Position numbers and translations under genes: made by a program
Shown: positions 1 to 10,504 of the stretch, in pieces
Layout: the number at the start of each line of letters is the position of its first letter
Numbering within the stretch: position 1 is the stretch's first letter
The notes under the pieces: model-generated
Told to the model about the DNA's origin: nothing
The model's input: the letters and a program-made list of their open reading frames with translations, nothing else
The model's database searches: none
Virus record (IMG/VR): IMGVR_UViG_3300048599_000769
Location: 1-36,112 of that record
Source of the DNA: a virus
Lineage: Duplodnaviria > Caudoviricetes
Length of the DNA: 36,112 nt
Direction: 5' to 3' (one strand)

Positions 1-240
1 CTAGACGTACTGCGTCACGCCCGGCAACTCGGGCGCCTGATCGACCACGCGCCCATCCTGCACGAACACGCCAGCACCCGTCGTCCAGACCTGTCCGGGC
101 AGCGGCCGGGCGCGAATTGTAGCCCCGTCGGAGGTCGCGACGGTCACGCTGCCGTCGACGTTGATCGCGATCACGTTGCCCTTGACGTAGCGGCCGGACG
201 GGATGATTCCGACGATGTCGGTCCACAGGTTAGTTCGCAT
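1..240 (-). CDS. small phage tail-module protein (79 aa)
   Basis: ATG 238-240, TAG 1-3; overlaps the end of the upstream tail gene; beta-rich (GNVIAINVDGSVTV). Confidence 0.6.
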   Translation of the reverse strand: MRTNLWTDIVGIIPSGRYVKGNVIAINVDGSVTVATSDGATIRARPLPGQVWTTGAGVFVQDGRVVDQAPELPGVTQYV

Positions 241-2032
241 CGCTGAAATGCCTCTCTACGGTCACCGTGTGCTCGACGACGAGCGCGCCGCTCGATACCT
301 GCACCTGCACCTCGACCGCGACAGCGAGCCCCTTCCACGGCGTCGGCTCGACGATCTCGACCAAATGCAACGGCAGCACGAGGCCCGGCTGCCCGGCCGC
401 GCCAGTCGGAAACAGCGGGATGGTCACGTCGACGGTCGCCTGCTCGCCTCGATCGGCCAGCACGTTGCGCCCGCGTTCGAGAGCGACGGGGTGCGTCGTA
501 ACGAGCGGGTCGACGACCATCGGCGCACGCACTTCGCCAGCGCTGCCGGCGCGCAGAATAGGGTCGCTGACGCCGGTCTGTTCGCCGCTCACGAGCACAT
601 AGTCGTAAAAGGGCTTGCTCGCGATCCGCATCTGATCGCGCAAGATGATGTCGTCCTGAATCTGTCGGTCGGGCGCGCTCGTCGGCCAATCCCACGGGCT
701 GACGGGATAGCGCGGTGCGATACGAATCACCTTGTCCCAGGCATCGCTCTGCGCGATCGCGCCTGCGGCGGCAGCGATGTCGCGCACTGCGGCGATCGGT
801 GTCTTTCCGTCGTAGTGCCACGTGCCGCCGGGAACTAGCCAGGTCAGCGTATCGTACGCCGCCGTGAAACCGGTGAGGCTCAATTCCTCGTCGACCAGTT
901 GCTGCGCCTGCCGCTCCTCGTTCTGCACCTTGGAGCGAGCCGGCGCGTACGGCGCATCGAGCAGCGCGCATTGGCTTCGGCCGCTCAAGCTGACCAACCG
1001 GCCGGGGAACTGGCGATCTTGGCTGTAGCCCTCGACCAGCGCCGTCCACACATATCCATTCACCGTGATCTCGACGACCTTCGGGCCGCCGGCATCGGCG
1101 AGCAGTAGCGCAAGGTGCGCGGGATTCGCGAGCGAGAAGGTAAACGCCCACACGACATCGTCGACGCTTGCGCGCATGGTGATCGACTGGACGTCGATCG
1201 GCGTTCGTTCGGGCAAGCGAACGACCGTGGCGGTGTTCAGAATCATATAAGTCCTCTGCCTCGGCCACGCCCAGTAGCACGCCGCCGGGCCGAGAGGTAC
1301 GGCGACATTCGGGCTCTCGTGAGAGAGCTGCGGACACGTCAGATTGAGCCGTACGTGGTTGCCCGGCGGCGGCGTGTAGTGCGGCGGCTCTGGTGGCTCC
1401 GGCGGATCGACGCCGGGGCCGGTGAACTGCCACCGCACGCGTCGCGCGCGCTCCCACGGCAACCACCAGCGGCGACGTCGAGATTCGGGCGCGAGCCACG
1501 CAGTACCAATGTCGCGCCCGAGCGTGGCCGGCATCGACCACGCCATGGCGGCAGAGCGCGGCAGAGGCGGCGGCGCCGACCAATGAACCTCGGCGGCATG
1601 GCTGAGAACGCCCGGCCTCGACCACGGGAGGGACGCCCCCGCCGCGCTGCGCTCGATGCGCTCCCAGCCAACCGATGAGGCGCGCGTTATGTTCGCGCCG
1701 CGCCCCCAAGGCGCCCGCGCCGATCGTTGCTGCGATGGGGCGATCGATAGCGGCATGTCGACATCGCGACGCGTCACGTCGCCGTACGACCAGCGCAACA
1801 CGGTCGCGCGCTCGACGGATGCGCCAGTTCCGAGCCGCAGTCGCGACGAGCGCTGGCGCTGACCCGCTACCGCCCAAGGCGCGGCGAACGCACGCGCGGC
1901 GTAGCGTACGACCGGCGGCAAAGGCGGCCCAGGGTCGCGCAACGCGAGCGCGACGAGGTTGCCTGCCGGCGCCGAGTATGCGCCCTCAAGTCGCAATGCA
2001 ACCGCATTGCCGAGCGGCGGGGTATACGGCAT
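230..2032 (-). CDS. phage tail/baseplate-hub-like structural protein (600 aa) with N-terminal 14-residue Trp repeats
   Basis: Start reassigned to MPYTPP (ATG at 2032, TGATG overlap with upstream stop); position in tail module. Confidence 0.65.
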   Translation of the reverse strand: MPYTPPLGNAVALRLEGAYSAPAGNLVALALRDPGPPLPPVVRYAARAFAAPWAVAGQRQRSSRLRLGTGASVERATVLRWSYGDVTRRDVDMPLSIAPSQQRSARAPWGRGANITRASSVGWERIERSAAGASLPWSRPGVLSHAAEVHWSAPPPLPRSAAMAWSMPATLGRDIGTAWLAPESRRRRWWLPWERARRVRWQFTGPGVDPPEPPEPPHYTPPPGNHVRLNLTCPQLSHESPNVAVPLGPAACYWAWPRQRTYMILNTATVVRLPERTPIDVQSITMRASVDDVVWAFTFSLANPAHLALLLADAGGPKVVEITVNGYVWTALVEGYSQDRQFPGRLVSLSGRSQCALLDAPYAPARSKVQNEERQAQQLVDEELSLTGFTAAYDTLTWLVPGGTWHYDGKTPIAAVRDIAAAAGAIAQSDAWDKVIRIAPRYPVSPWDWPTSAPDRQIQDDIILRDQMRIASKPFYDYVLVSGEQTGVSDPILRAGSAGEVRAPMVVDPLVTTHPVALERGRNVLADRGEQATVDVTIPLFPTGAAGQPGLVLPLHLVEIVEPTPWKGLAVAVEVQVQVSSGALVVEHTVTVERHFSDAN

Positions 2033-2334
2033 CAGTAAGGCGCCGGGCTCACCCGCGACACGATCGCATCGTTGTACGTCCCGGTGTAGTCGCGGGCGAC
2101 GACATCGACGAGCGCTGCGGGATTGAGATTGTCGATGCGATACGTGCCGTTCGCCGCCGACCACGTCGCGCCGATGACGACGCGCGACGCGCGATCAACG
2201 GCATAGACGTAGCGTTGCGCTGGTGCCGTGTTGACCGTCACCAGTCCGTCGGGCGCCTCGCCAGCGATGTATCCCGGTCCGTTCCAGTAAGCGCCGCCGC
2301 CGTTGAGGCGCGCGTTGAATGCAAATCCGGCCAT
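2032..2334 (-). CDS. tail fibre-associated small protein (100 aa)
   Basis: MAGFAFNARL start at 2334 with TGATG coupling on both sides; TWSAANGTYRIDNL motif typical of small proteins next to phage tail fibres. Confidence 0.6.
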   Translation of the reverse strand: MAGFAFNARLNGGGAYWNGPGYIAGEAPDGLVTVNTAPAQRYVYAVDRASRVVIGATWSAANGTYRIDNLNPAALVDVVARDYTGTYNDAIVSRVSPAPY

Positions 2335-3296
2335 CAGGTCAGTTCCGCGCCAGTCTCGGCGATGACAATGCCCGACCCGCCGTTGTTGTATGCCGCCGAC
2401 GGCGTGAGTGTCGCACCGGGCATGCCAGACACGCCGGTGATCGGACTCCACGGCGTCAAGCCCGAAGAGTGCAATGGCGCGTGGATACCACGCAGACGTC
2501 CACGCGGCATGTTGATTTGGTGGACAAAGATCGGCGTGGTCAGCAAGCCGCTCACGATCGCGGCCGGGTATGCCGGCGCACCGGAGAGAAGTCCCGGCGT
2601 GACGTTTCCTGCCCATGCAGTGACATGTCCAAGCGCAACGCTTTTCGCGATCTGGTCGTACGAGCGAGCCGCATAGGACGCCGAGTTCGACGATGTTCCA
2701 ACCGCGCCGATTGAGACCATGTGCAACGAATCCGGAATCGAACCGGCATTGTTGATCGACGTTCCGCCGTAGATCATGCAATTGAACATGTCGCCTGCTT
2801 TCGCCGAATGAAAATCGCCGAACCCGTACAACGATGCGAAGTTACCCCCGTAGTAGTTGACCATGAGATGAAACGTCCGGCCGTCACCCCACAACCACCA
2901 CGGCACAGCCGTCGAGTTCAGGTTCTGGCTTTTCCGCCAGACGATACCCGTCGACAACTGGGCCGTCGTCGGGAACCGATCGGTCAACGCGTCGACACTG
3001 GTCGCAGACTCGCACCCAACAACAAGCGCTTCGCGGTACGAGCCCGCGTCGCTGCCACTGTCGTCGATGCGCAGGAGCATTTGCGTCGACGTGAGCTCAC
3101 CCTTGAAAACTGCCTTGTCGGTCGATTCGTATTCGATCGACCAGCCCAGCGACGGCTTTTGGTTGCCGCCAGTCCCGTACGCGACGCCGGCGGTTCCCAC
3201 AAGTACCTTTTTCAGCAAATCCTTGAGCGCACCCTGCTGTCCCGTGAGAACGGGCGCGCCGGTGTCCGTGTGAGCGTAGATGCGTCCGATACTCAT
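2334..3296 (-). CDS. virion structural / tail fibre-like protein (320 aa)
   Basis: Gly/Ser/Thr-rich; N-terminus DTGAPVLTGQQGALKDLLKKVLVG resembles tail-module proteins; synteny. Confidence 0.6.
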   Translation of the reverse strand: MSIGRIYAHTDTGAPVLTGQQGALKDLLKKVLVGTAGVAYGTGGNQKPSLGWSIEYESTDKAVFKGELTSTQMLLRIDDSGSDAGSYREALVVGCESATSVDALTDRFPTTAQLSTGIVWRKSQNLNSTAVPWWLWGDGRTFHLMVNYYGGNFASLYGFGDFHSAKAGDMFNCMIYGGTSINNAGSIPDSLHMVSIGAVGTSSNSASYAARSYDQIAKSVALGHVTAWAGNVTPGLLSGAPAYPAAIVSGLLTTPIFVHQINMPRGRLRGIHAPLHSSGLTPWSPITGVSGMPGATLTPSAAYNNGGSGIVIAETGAELT

Positions 3297-3303
3297 GGTG
3301 CCC

Positions 3304-6300
3304 TCAGTGCGCGTTGCCGTAGACTTGGAACCGGACCTGGTCGTCTTCGACCGTGATCTCGCCGGGCAGGGTTACGCGCGCGAGCCACGTCGGCTCGGTC
3401 GCCGATACAGTGTTGAAGCGGAACACGTTCTGCGCCGCCCAACCGCTTCCCCAGCCGTCCGCATCGATCGTGAAGTACGGCTTGCCCGAAACCGGATTCG
3501 TCGGCGCGATGTCGCTCGTGATCGAGCCCGAGAAAATCTGCCCGACTGTCTCGCCAATCACGGCGACGACCGTCGGCGCGCTGAACACCACCGCCCATCG
3601 CTCGTCGATCGCGCTATCGTTTTCCACCGCGATCGGATAGTTGACGTCGTTGTAGGTGGCGCCGGCCGGCGCGCCCACGAGATCGTCCGACCACACGCCC
3701 GGCTGGTACGTCTGCTGATCGAACAGATTATGCGCGCGCGCCTTGAGGTCGCCGACCTGTATCGCGCTCGACACCAAGGTGCCGGCCGGGAATGCGTGGC
3801 TGATCGCGCGCTGCAGCGACAGCTCGCCGGTGATCTGCACGTCCGCGCACAACACGGCATCTTCGATGCGATGCCTGATGAGAATCGGCGTCGTGTAGGC
3901 GCTGAGATTGAGCGGATTCGTCCAGGTCAACACGCCCGCGGTCAGGTCGACGGTAAACCATGTATCGAGCACCGCCGTGCCGGTGGAGTCGTAGACTTCC
4001 GCGAACGCGAGGCGTCCCCGCCCGAGGTTCGTTGTCGAGCCGGCCACGGGCGCGGCGACCGACGTCACGGCCGTGTGGTGCACGACGACAAGATCGCCCG
4101 GCCGATAGACCAGCACGCGCCCGTCATCCGGCAGGCGCACCGGGTCGAGGCCGAGAATCGCCGGATTCAGCGGGATGGCGCGAAAGACGACCGTTCCGAA
4201 AAAGATGGTGGCGGGATCGATCGGCTCGGGCTTCCAAATCTGGCCGCCGACCACGTACTCCGGCCGATACCACGGCGCCCCCTCGTTGCCCGCTGCCGTG
4301 ACGAGCGCGCCGAATACCAGCTCGGTGAGCCCGGACTGCCAGTCCACCTTCCCCTTGACCAGCGATCCCGTGATATTGCCGTTGATGTCGGCCGCCCCGG
4401 TCAGCGTCGTGCCCGACATGGTCGTCGCGCGCACTGTGAACGACCCAGCTTTGAGCGGTGCGCCGGGGGTACGGAACATCACGCCGTTCACCGACGGCTC
4501 GATGTACCTCGTCAGCATGGACCCGATCGATACGGCGTTGCTCGTGCCGGCGCCGATCTCCGTCACCGTTGCCGTGTTCGTGGTGTAGTCGAACGTGCCG
4601 CCGACTGTGCCAGCGTTCGTCGACGCCGACACGCCGTAGACGAGCGAGCCCCCGCGATCGACATAGGTTCTGCCGCGGAACGAAAACCGCAACGAGCCGG
4701 GCACTGTCGGGCCGGCCGCGCCGTCGCCGAGGTAAATACGAATGGCCGGCAGCGGATGTCCTTCGCTGGTCGCCGTCACGGACGCGCCTTGTTCAATGTA
4801 GCGAACGACGAGCGGCGTCCCGCCCTCGAACTTGGCCCCCGTGTCGCCGAGCGTGTAGCCGGAAACGTACATACAGGTGCCGCCGGTCGTCTCGTTCTGC
4901 CGCGTCGCGTACTGCGGAATCCACGCAGGGATGTCCGACTCGACGGTCAGCACGATCGCGCCGGTCCCGTAGTTGATGGCGTTCGTGCCGGGAAAGCCGG
5001 CCAGCCAGCCGCCGACGCCGTCGTCGACGGCACTGATGCTGACTGATCCCTGCACGCCAGCCAATGCGGCGTCCGCGGTGTAGGTAATGTTCCACTCGGC
5101 CCATACCGTGTGCTCGGCTGCCGGATGCGCAAGCGTGAACGACACCGCCCCGCCCGCCGGTGTGGGCGTAAATGTTTCCATGTGCATCTTGTCGGTCGGC
5201 ACATGACTATGCGAATAGCTGATGTTGGCATCCGGCAGTGCCGAGGTCGTGAACTCCACGATGCCGGCGGCGTGGTCGACAGTGCCCGCGGCATCGCCGC
5301 TGATCGCCCCCGACGCCGCGGCGGTCGCCGATTTCGCGACGCCGCCCGACAGCCACGACATCGTCAACGTGCCGGGAACGATGCCCGTGTGATTGAGCTG
5401 TTGCCGGTACTTCGGAGTCGGAATCGTGATCTCGCCGGACGAGTTCCGCGCGCGCACGTCGACGCCCCACGACGCGATCAGCGCCGTGTCGACATCCGGT
5501 AGCGCGCCGAGCGTCGCCGCGACGGTGCCCGTTGCGTAGTTAATGGTCGCACTGCCCTCGCCCGCATTGCCCGCGAGCTGGCCCGCACCGTTGTCCGCGA
5601 GACGAATCCATTTACCGAGCGCGCGATAGTCGAGCACGGCCGTGCCCGGTGCCGGCCGCGACGGGAGCTGGATCACGTAGGACTGCTGACGGTTCGCCCC
5701 GGTGATCGACAGCGTCTGGCTGAAGCCCTGCTGCAGCACGCCACCGGCCGGCGTCGCGGTCGCCACGACAGAGCCCGTAAAACCGATGTCCCGGCTGACC
5801 GAGAACGCGCCCGTCGAATAGTCCGCCACGCCGCCCCAGCCGGTGCTCGCGGGGTCGACGGGCACGATATCGCCGTTGCCGTTGTCTCGCAGAGCGACGC
5901 CGCCGACCGTGAGGTTCAGTGACCGCCGCGTGTAAGGCGTGCCGAAATATCGCGTGGCCGTGACGCCCGGCGCCGCCGTGATCGACTCGCTGTAGGTAAG
6001 CGTCGCGGCGGCACCGCTCTGCACCATCGCGAACGTCCCAAGCCCCGCCAGAACGTCGGTCAGCGCCGTTTCAGCCTGCGTGCTCGGCACGATCGGCAAA
6101 TACGGATCGGCCACCTGCACGACCAAGTCACCCACCTGCGGCGCCACGGTACACGGCTTGACGGAGTAGTACCGCGCGCTGTCGGCGACCTGCGTTGCGC
6201 GAACGACCGTCGGCGACGCGTTCAGGATTGTGTAACGCCTCGGGTCTTCAACACCCGGAAACTCGAACTGCAAGGGCGCCGATATGCGAATGACGAGCAC

Positions 6301-6864
6301 GTCGCGCTTGAATTCGCCACTCTCGTCCTCGAACGTGATATTGATGCGACTCGTGACCTCCTGAACCTTGACCGCCTGCTGATTCGCGGGGTACCCGCTC
6401 TGCTCGATCGAGAGCAGCAGCACGTCCCCGATGTCCGGGCTCGCGATGTTCTCGCGGCAAAAAACCTGCAACGTCTGCTGGCCGGCAAGGTGGCGGCCGT
6501 ACAGCGTGAACTGCGTCTTGGTGCCCGGCAGCCGGTAGTTCTCGATATAGCGCTGCGCCGCGACACGCTCGTCTGTCGGACTTGCCGTGTCGAACGCAAT
6601 CACGTGGACCAGCGGGTCGGCGGGCGGATCGGTCAGGAAGACGAACGCGCCAAGGAACGTGTCGGTGTTGGCCGTCGCGATCTGCGTGAAAATCTTCCGG
6701 AGACTCACGCGCCCCACGATCGCGTCGAGATCGGAACGGTCGGCGAATACGTTGTTCACCACGCCGTCGACGATCTCGACGGCCGACATGCGCCCGCCGC
6801 CGTCCGCGAAATCGGTCATCCGCTCCGACTGCCTGAGCTTCAGGTTTACCGACAGAATCGTCAT
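3304..6864 (-). CDS. large phage tail-tip/virion structural protein (1186 aa)
   Basis: Long ORF with repeated G-x-(V/I)-(D/N)-Y-x-T-G beta motifs; second gene after the tape measure. Confidence 0.7.
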   Translation of the reverse strand: MTILSVNLKLRQSERMTDFADGGGRMSAVEIVDGVVNNVFADRSDLDAIVGRVSLRKIFTQIATANTDTFLGAFVFLTDPPADPLVHVIAFDTASPTDERVAAQRYIENYRLPGTKTQFTLYGRHLAGQQTLQVFCRENIASPDIGDVLLLSIEQSGYPANQQAVKVQEVTSRINITFEDESGEFKRDVLVIRISAPLQFEFPGVEDPRRYTILNASPTVVRATQVADSARYYSVKPCTVAPQVGDLVVQVADPYLPIVPSTQAETALTDVLAGLGTFAMVQSGAAATLTYSESITAAPGVTATRYFGTPYTRRSLNLTVGGVALRDNGNGDIVPVDPASTGWGGVADYSTGAFSVSRDIGFTGSVVATATPAGGVLQQGFSQTLSITGANRQQSYVIQLPSRPAPGTAVLDYRALGKWIRLADNGAGQLAGNAGEGSATINYATGTVAATLGALPDVDTALIASWGVDVRARNSSGEITIPTPKYRQQLNHTGIVPGTLTMSWLSGGVAKSATAAASGAISGDAAGTVDHAAGIVEFTTSALPDANISYSHSHVPTDKMHMETFTPTPAGGAVSFTLAHPAAEHTVWAEWNITYTADAALAGVQGSVSISAVDDGVGGWLAGFPGTNAINYGTGAIVLTVESDIPAWIPQYATRQNETTGGTCMYVSGYTLGDTGAKFEGGTPLVVRYIEQGASVTATSEGHPLPAIRIYLGDGAAGPTVPGSLRFSFRGRTYVDRGGSLVYGVSASTNAGTVGGTFDYTTNTATVTEIGAGTSNAVSIGSMLTRYIEPSVNGVMFRTPGAPLKAGSFTVRATTMSGTTLTGAADINGNITGSLVKGKVDWQSGLTELVFGALVTAAGNEGAPWYRPEYVVGGQIWKPEPIDPATIFFGTVVFRAIPLNPAILGLDPVRLPDDGRVLVYRPGDLVVVHHTAVTSVAAPVAGSTTNLGRGRLAFAEVYDSTGTAVLDTWFTVDLTAGVLTWTNPLNLSAYTTPILIRHRIEDAVLCADVQITGELSLQRAISHAFPAGTLVSSAIQVGDLKARAHNLFDQQTYQPGVWSDDLVGAPAGATYNDVNYPIAVENDSAIDERWAVVFSAPTVVAVIGETVGQIFSGSITSDIAPTNPVSGKPYFTIDADGWGSGWAAQNVFRFNTVSATEPTWLARVTLPGEITVEDDQVRFQVYGNAH

Positions 6865-6878
6865 GTATATTTTTCCTT

Positions 6879-7283
6879 TTATATCTGCATCAATCGCAGG
6901 ATCAGCGTGTACGGCAACATGTCTCGCAGGCCGGTGTCAGCGGTCGCCATGAACATCACCTGTTCCGCCTCGAACGGCACCGCCTCGTGGTGACGCCCCG
7001 TAACCGTGAACGTGCGCCCGTCGACGAGGGTAAGCGTCAGCGTTGCACCGGGTGGGGCGAGCACAGTCCGCAGTTCGTCGATGACGCTCTTGGCGAGCCA
7101 TACGTGGTTATCGCCCTTAGCTTCGAGCGTGATCGGCCGCCCGGCTTGCATTGCGCTCGCCTGAATGACGAGCGCTCCGGTGAGCGTCCGTGAAACCTGC
7201 TGCCCCACCGGGGACCACCGATACTCGTCGGTCCATTCGAGATCGCCGGGCAGTTCGATGTCGCCGAGGAAGGTCGAGGGCAT
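6879..7283 (-). CDS. putative distal tail protein (134 aa)
   Basis: Directly follows tape measure; LPGDLEWTDEYRWSPV..RTLTGALVIQ..GRPITL pattern. Confidence 0.6.
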   Translation of the reverse strand: MPSTFLGDIELPGDLEWTDEYRWSPVGQQVSRTLTGALVIQASAMQAGRPITLEAKGDNHVWLAKSVIDELRTVLAPPGATLTLTLVDGRTFTVTGRHHEAVPFEAEQVMFMATADTGLRDMLPYTLILRLMQI

Positions 7284-7285
7284 CC

Positions 7286-10200
7286 CTATCTCCCGCCGCT
7301 ATAGCCGGCGTTGCGCATCGCATCGCGCAGGCTGTCGGCAAAGTAGCGACCAAGCTTTCCAGACTGTCCGGCATTCCGCAGCAGCGCGTCGAACTCGACC
7401 TGGGTCATGGAGTGCCCGCCCTGTGCCTCGACCTTGTGCACAAGCTCAACGCGCGCCACCCCGCCGCCCGAGGCCGACGCGCTGCCGTTGCCCTGCGACT
7501 GCTCTTGCTTGCGTCGCTGCGCTTCCTCGTCGCGTCGGCGGATGTTCTCGTCGAGCGCGCGCTGCTCGTCTGCGAGGCGGCGCAACGCCTCGTCGCCCAG
7601 GTAGGTGAACTGGTTCCGCAACGCCTCGATACGCTGCGCCTGCTCGTCGTAAGCTGAGTTCTGTTGCTGCAACGACCGCAGCAGATCGTCGGCGGCCTGC
7701 CGCTGACGGGTCAGCTCCGCGAACGCAATGCGATCGAGGCCGGCTGCGCCGTTGGCTGCGTCCGCAAACGCTTTGCTGACGTCGCCTAGCGCAAACGCGG
7801 CATCGGCGCCGCTACTGGCGACATTGTCGAGAGCGTCGGCCGCGCGCGAGCCGCTGTCCGAAAGGTCCGATGCGCTGTCGGCAGCATCGTCCGCGGCGCC
7901 CTTGAGGTTGCCGAGAGCGGCGGCGGCATCGTTCGCCGCGGCGGCCGTATCGGCGCCGGCCTGCGAACCGGCCGAGCCCATGGACTTCAACACATCCGTC
8001 AGGCCCAGCGCCGTTGCACGGGCCTGTAGCTGCGCCTCGACCTGATCGCGAACCGCCTGCGTCGACTGCGCCGCAGCGTCACGCGCGGCACGCGCGTACG
8101 CCTCGAACGCGCGCCGGATATCTTCCTGCGCCGCCAAGCCCCGGCGTGCGCCGTTTACGACAGCCTCGAATGCGTCGCGAGCGGCATCGCGCGCATCGTT
8201 CAACGACGCTTGCGATCGGATGCCGAGTTTCGAGAACTGGTCGGCCAGCGGGTCGGTTTCGGCGCGCAGCTCGCGAAGACGGTTCTTCAGCGATAGCATC
8301 GCGCGCTCGGTTTGCTCGAACCCGATGCGCCCCTCGTCGGCCGCCCCCTTCAGTGCCTTGCCGAGCGCTTCGAGATCGGCCGTCGTATTGGCGGACTTCG
8401 TCGCCGCCGTGAACGCCGCCTCGATCTGGTTGGCGGTCGCCAACGCGTTCTGCGTGATCGCCGTGAACGCCGCGACGGAATCGCGACCGGCGGCGCTCAT
8501 GCCCATGCCGAACTTGCTCGGCGCCACCCCGAGCTTTTCCAGCGACACCAGCAACGTCGTGCGCAAGATCACGTCGGCGTCGGCCGCGCTGACCCGGAAT
8601 TGCAGGAACGCACCCTGTGCCGCCGACTGGAACCGCTGGATATCCTCACCGCTCAGCTTGCGCAGCTCGCCAGCCAACCCCTCGCGAACCGCCAGACCGG
8701 CAAGCCTCGATTCTCGCGCTACGTCAACAAGGCCAAGCGCAACATCGCCGAGCGAATCCGACGCTTTGAGCTGATCGAAATCCTTAAACAGCTCGCCGAG
8801 CTGATCGGCCACGGCGGCGGCGTTGTCGGCCGCACCAGCGAATGAATCCGCGACCTGCCGAGCCGCCGGACTCACCTTGTCGCTCAATGCGCTGCCGGCG
8901 GTCTGCGCGGCCAACTGGGCCGCCTCAAGCGCTCTTGTATACTGTGCTATTTTTTCCGTTGCGCCTGCAAAGCCGGCAGCATCGTTCGCATACTTGGCCT
9001 CCGTGCGCAATGCCTGATAGAACCTGATCGCGCCAGACAACTGTTGCTGGTACTGTGCGAGTTGTTTTGCAGTCTGCTCTCGGACCTGCTCGGTCGTCAG
9101 AACCGCCGTGTCCGCAAAACGCCGATTCTCCGCCGTCATCGCGGCGATCTTTTCTGAGAGAGCCCGCTTTGCTTCGGCGGCTTCCTCGTCTGCCTGTTTA
9201 GCGGCTCGCTGCGTTTCAACGTACTCACCCAGCACGCCGACGAGTTCGACGATCAACCCCGACGTCACGGCCGCCGCGGCGGCCACCGCGGCAAGCAACG
9301 GGTTCAGTCGCAACGCGGCCGTCACGGCAACGAGGGCGCGCCCGAGAAGTCCGAAGCCAGCCGCACCCGCCGCTGCCGCCGCGCCAGACGCCGACGTCGC
9401 GGCCGTCAGCGCCACCGTCGCCGCGAGCGACGCCGCCATGCGTTGCGCCACCGCGGCGAGGCTGACCACGAAAGATGTGACCTTGATCGCCGCGTAGACC
9501 TTGCCGAGCGCGAGCAACGCGCCGCTATAGTCGTATACAAATTTTATTGCCGAGCCGATCGCCTTCGCCGTTGCGACGATTCCATTCGAGATGTTCTGCG
9601 CAACCTGCTGTAGCTTGCCGCTCTCGGCTGCCTCGCTGACCGAGGCGTTGAGTCGTTCCAGCTCGGAGCGAAAAAAGTCGAGCGCGCCGGATCGAGCGAT
9701 GTCCGCGAGAAACCGATTCGCGGTGTCGCGAATCTTTTGCAACTGGCCGTCGAGGTCGCCCAGTTCACCCTCGGCCGCGCCGGCACGCAGCTTGCCGATT
9801 TCCGTTACGAGCTGACGAATCGATTCCTTGCCGAGCTGCCCGGTTTCAGCGAGTCGCCGTAGCCGCTCCTCGCTCATGCCGGTCGCGCGCGCCAACAGCT
9901 CGAACACCGGGATGCCCTGCTGCGTCAGGCTCACGATCGCCTTCATGCTCAGCTCGCCCTTGATGTTGGCTTTGCTGAGCGTTTCGACGGTCGACGACAG
10001 CTCTTCGGTCGATTTGTCGAGTGCCTGCTGATTGTCGATCAGCGCTTGTAGCGTGCCATCGAACGGATCGAATCCGCCCTCGCGCAGCTTGATCGCCTCC
10101 TTCGCGATGTCTTCGAGCGCGTTCGGCACGCCCTTCGCGAACTCCGCCAGGCGTTCGAGCGCTATCTGCCCTTCCTCGACGCCGCCGAACGCGGTCGCCA

Positions 10201-10495
10201 GCACCTTATCGAGATCGTCGAAACGCTCGCCGGTTTCGAGGACCGCGACCAGCTCGTCTTTGACGCGCGACAGCCCGACGAACGCGCCCAGTGCCACGAT
10301 CGCGTTTCGGAATTTCGCGATACCTTCGGCCGACGCCGCGTACGACGCCGACAGGCGATCGTTGTTGCGGTTGACGGCCGCCGTCGTGCGGTCGGATTCA
10401 GCCTTGTGCCCGCGCAGGGCGTCGCCGATATTCCGCAGCTTGCCGACGACGTTGTCCTTCAGGTCGTAGACCGCCTGGACGATGCGATTCGCCAT
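7286..10495 (-). CDS. tail tape measure protein (1069 aa)
   Basis: Ala-rich helical protein, N-terminal tape-measure domain (QQGIPVFELLARATG), hydrophobic central segment. Confidence 0.9.
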   Translation of the reverse strand: MANRIVQAVYDLKDNVVGKLRNIGDALRGHKAESDRTTAAVNRNNDRLSASYAASAEGIAKFRNAIVALGAFVGLSRVKDELVAVLETGERFDDLDKVLATAFGGVEEGQIALERLAEFAKGVPNALEDIAKEAIKLREGGFDPFDGTLQALIDNQQALDKSTEELSSTVETLSKANIKGELSMKAIVSLTQQGIPVFELLARATGMSEERLRRLAETGQLGKESIRQLVTEIGKLRAGAAEGELGDLDGQLQKIRDTANRFLADIARSGALDFFRSELERLNASVSEAAESGKLQQVAQNISNGIVATAKAIGSAIKFVYDYSGALLALGKVYAAIKVTSFVVSLAAVAQRMAASLAATVALTAATSASGAAAAAGAAGFGLLGRALVAVTAALRLNPLLAAVAAAAAVTSGLIVELVGVLGEYVETQRAAKQADEEAAEAKRALSEKIAAMTAENRRFADTAVLTTEQVREQTAKQLAQYQQQLSGAIRFYQALRTEAKYANDAAGFAGATEKIAQYTRALEAAQLAAQTAGSALSDKVSPAARQVADSFAGAADNAAAVADQLGELFKDFDQLKASDSLGDVALGLVDVARESRLAGLAVREGLAGELRKLSGEDIQRFQSAAQGAFLQFRVSAADADVILRTTLLVSLEKLGVAPSKFGMGMSAAGRDSVAAFTAITQNALATANQIEAAFTAATKSANTTADLEALGKALKGAADEGRIGFEQTERAMLSLKNRLRELRAETDPLADQFSKLGIRSQASLNDARDAARDAFEAVVNGARRGLAAQEDIRRAFEAYARAARDAAAQSTQAVRDQVEAQLQARATALGLTDVLKSMGSAGSQAGADTAAAANDAAAALGNLKGAADDAADSASDLSDSGSRAADALDNVASSGADAAFALGDVSKAFADAANGAAGLDRIAFAELTRQRQAADDLLRSLQQQNSAYDEQAQRIEALRNQFTYLGDEALRRLADEQRALDENIRRRDEEAQRRKQEQSQGNGSASASGGGVARVELVHKVEAQGGHSMTQVEFDALLRNAGQSGKLGRYFADSLRDAMRNAGYSGGR

Positions 10496-10504
10496 GTGTG
10501 CTCC

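Noticed and set aside
1-6864. A DGR variable repeat in the tail or fibre genes
   Set aside because: No tail protein in the window carries the VRAVRSVASPVAGQ end or the IMH motif by eye; genes beyond the left edge cannot be assessed
8700-9250. Lower-GC patch within the tape measure gene as an insertion
   Set aside because: The frame is uninterrupted and no boundaries or repeats are visible; the GC shift was judged by eye only and fits ordinary mosaicism
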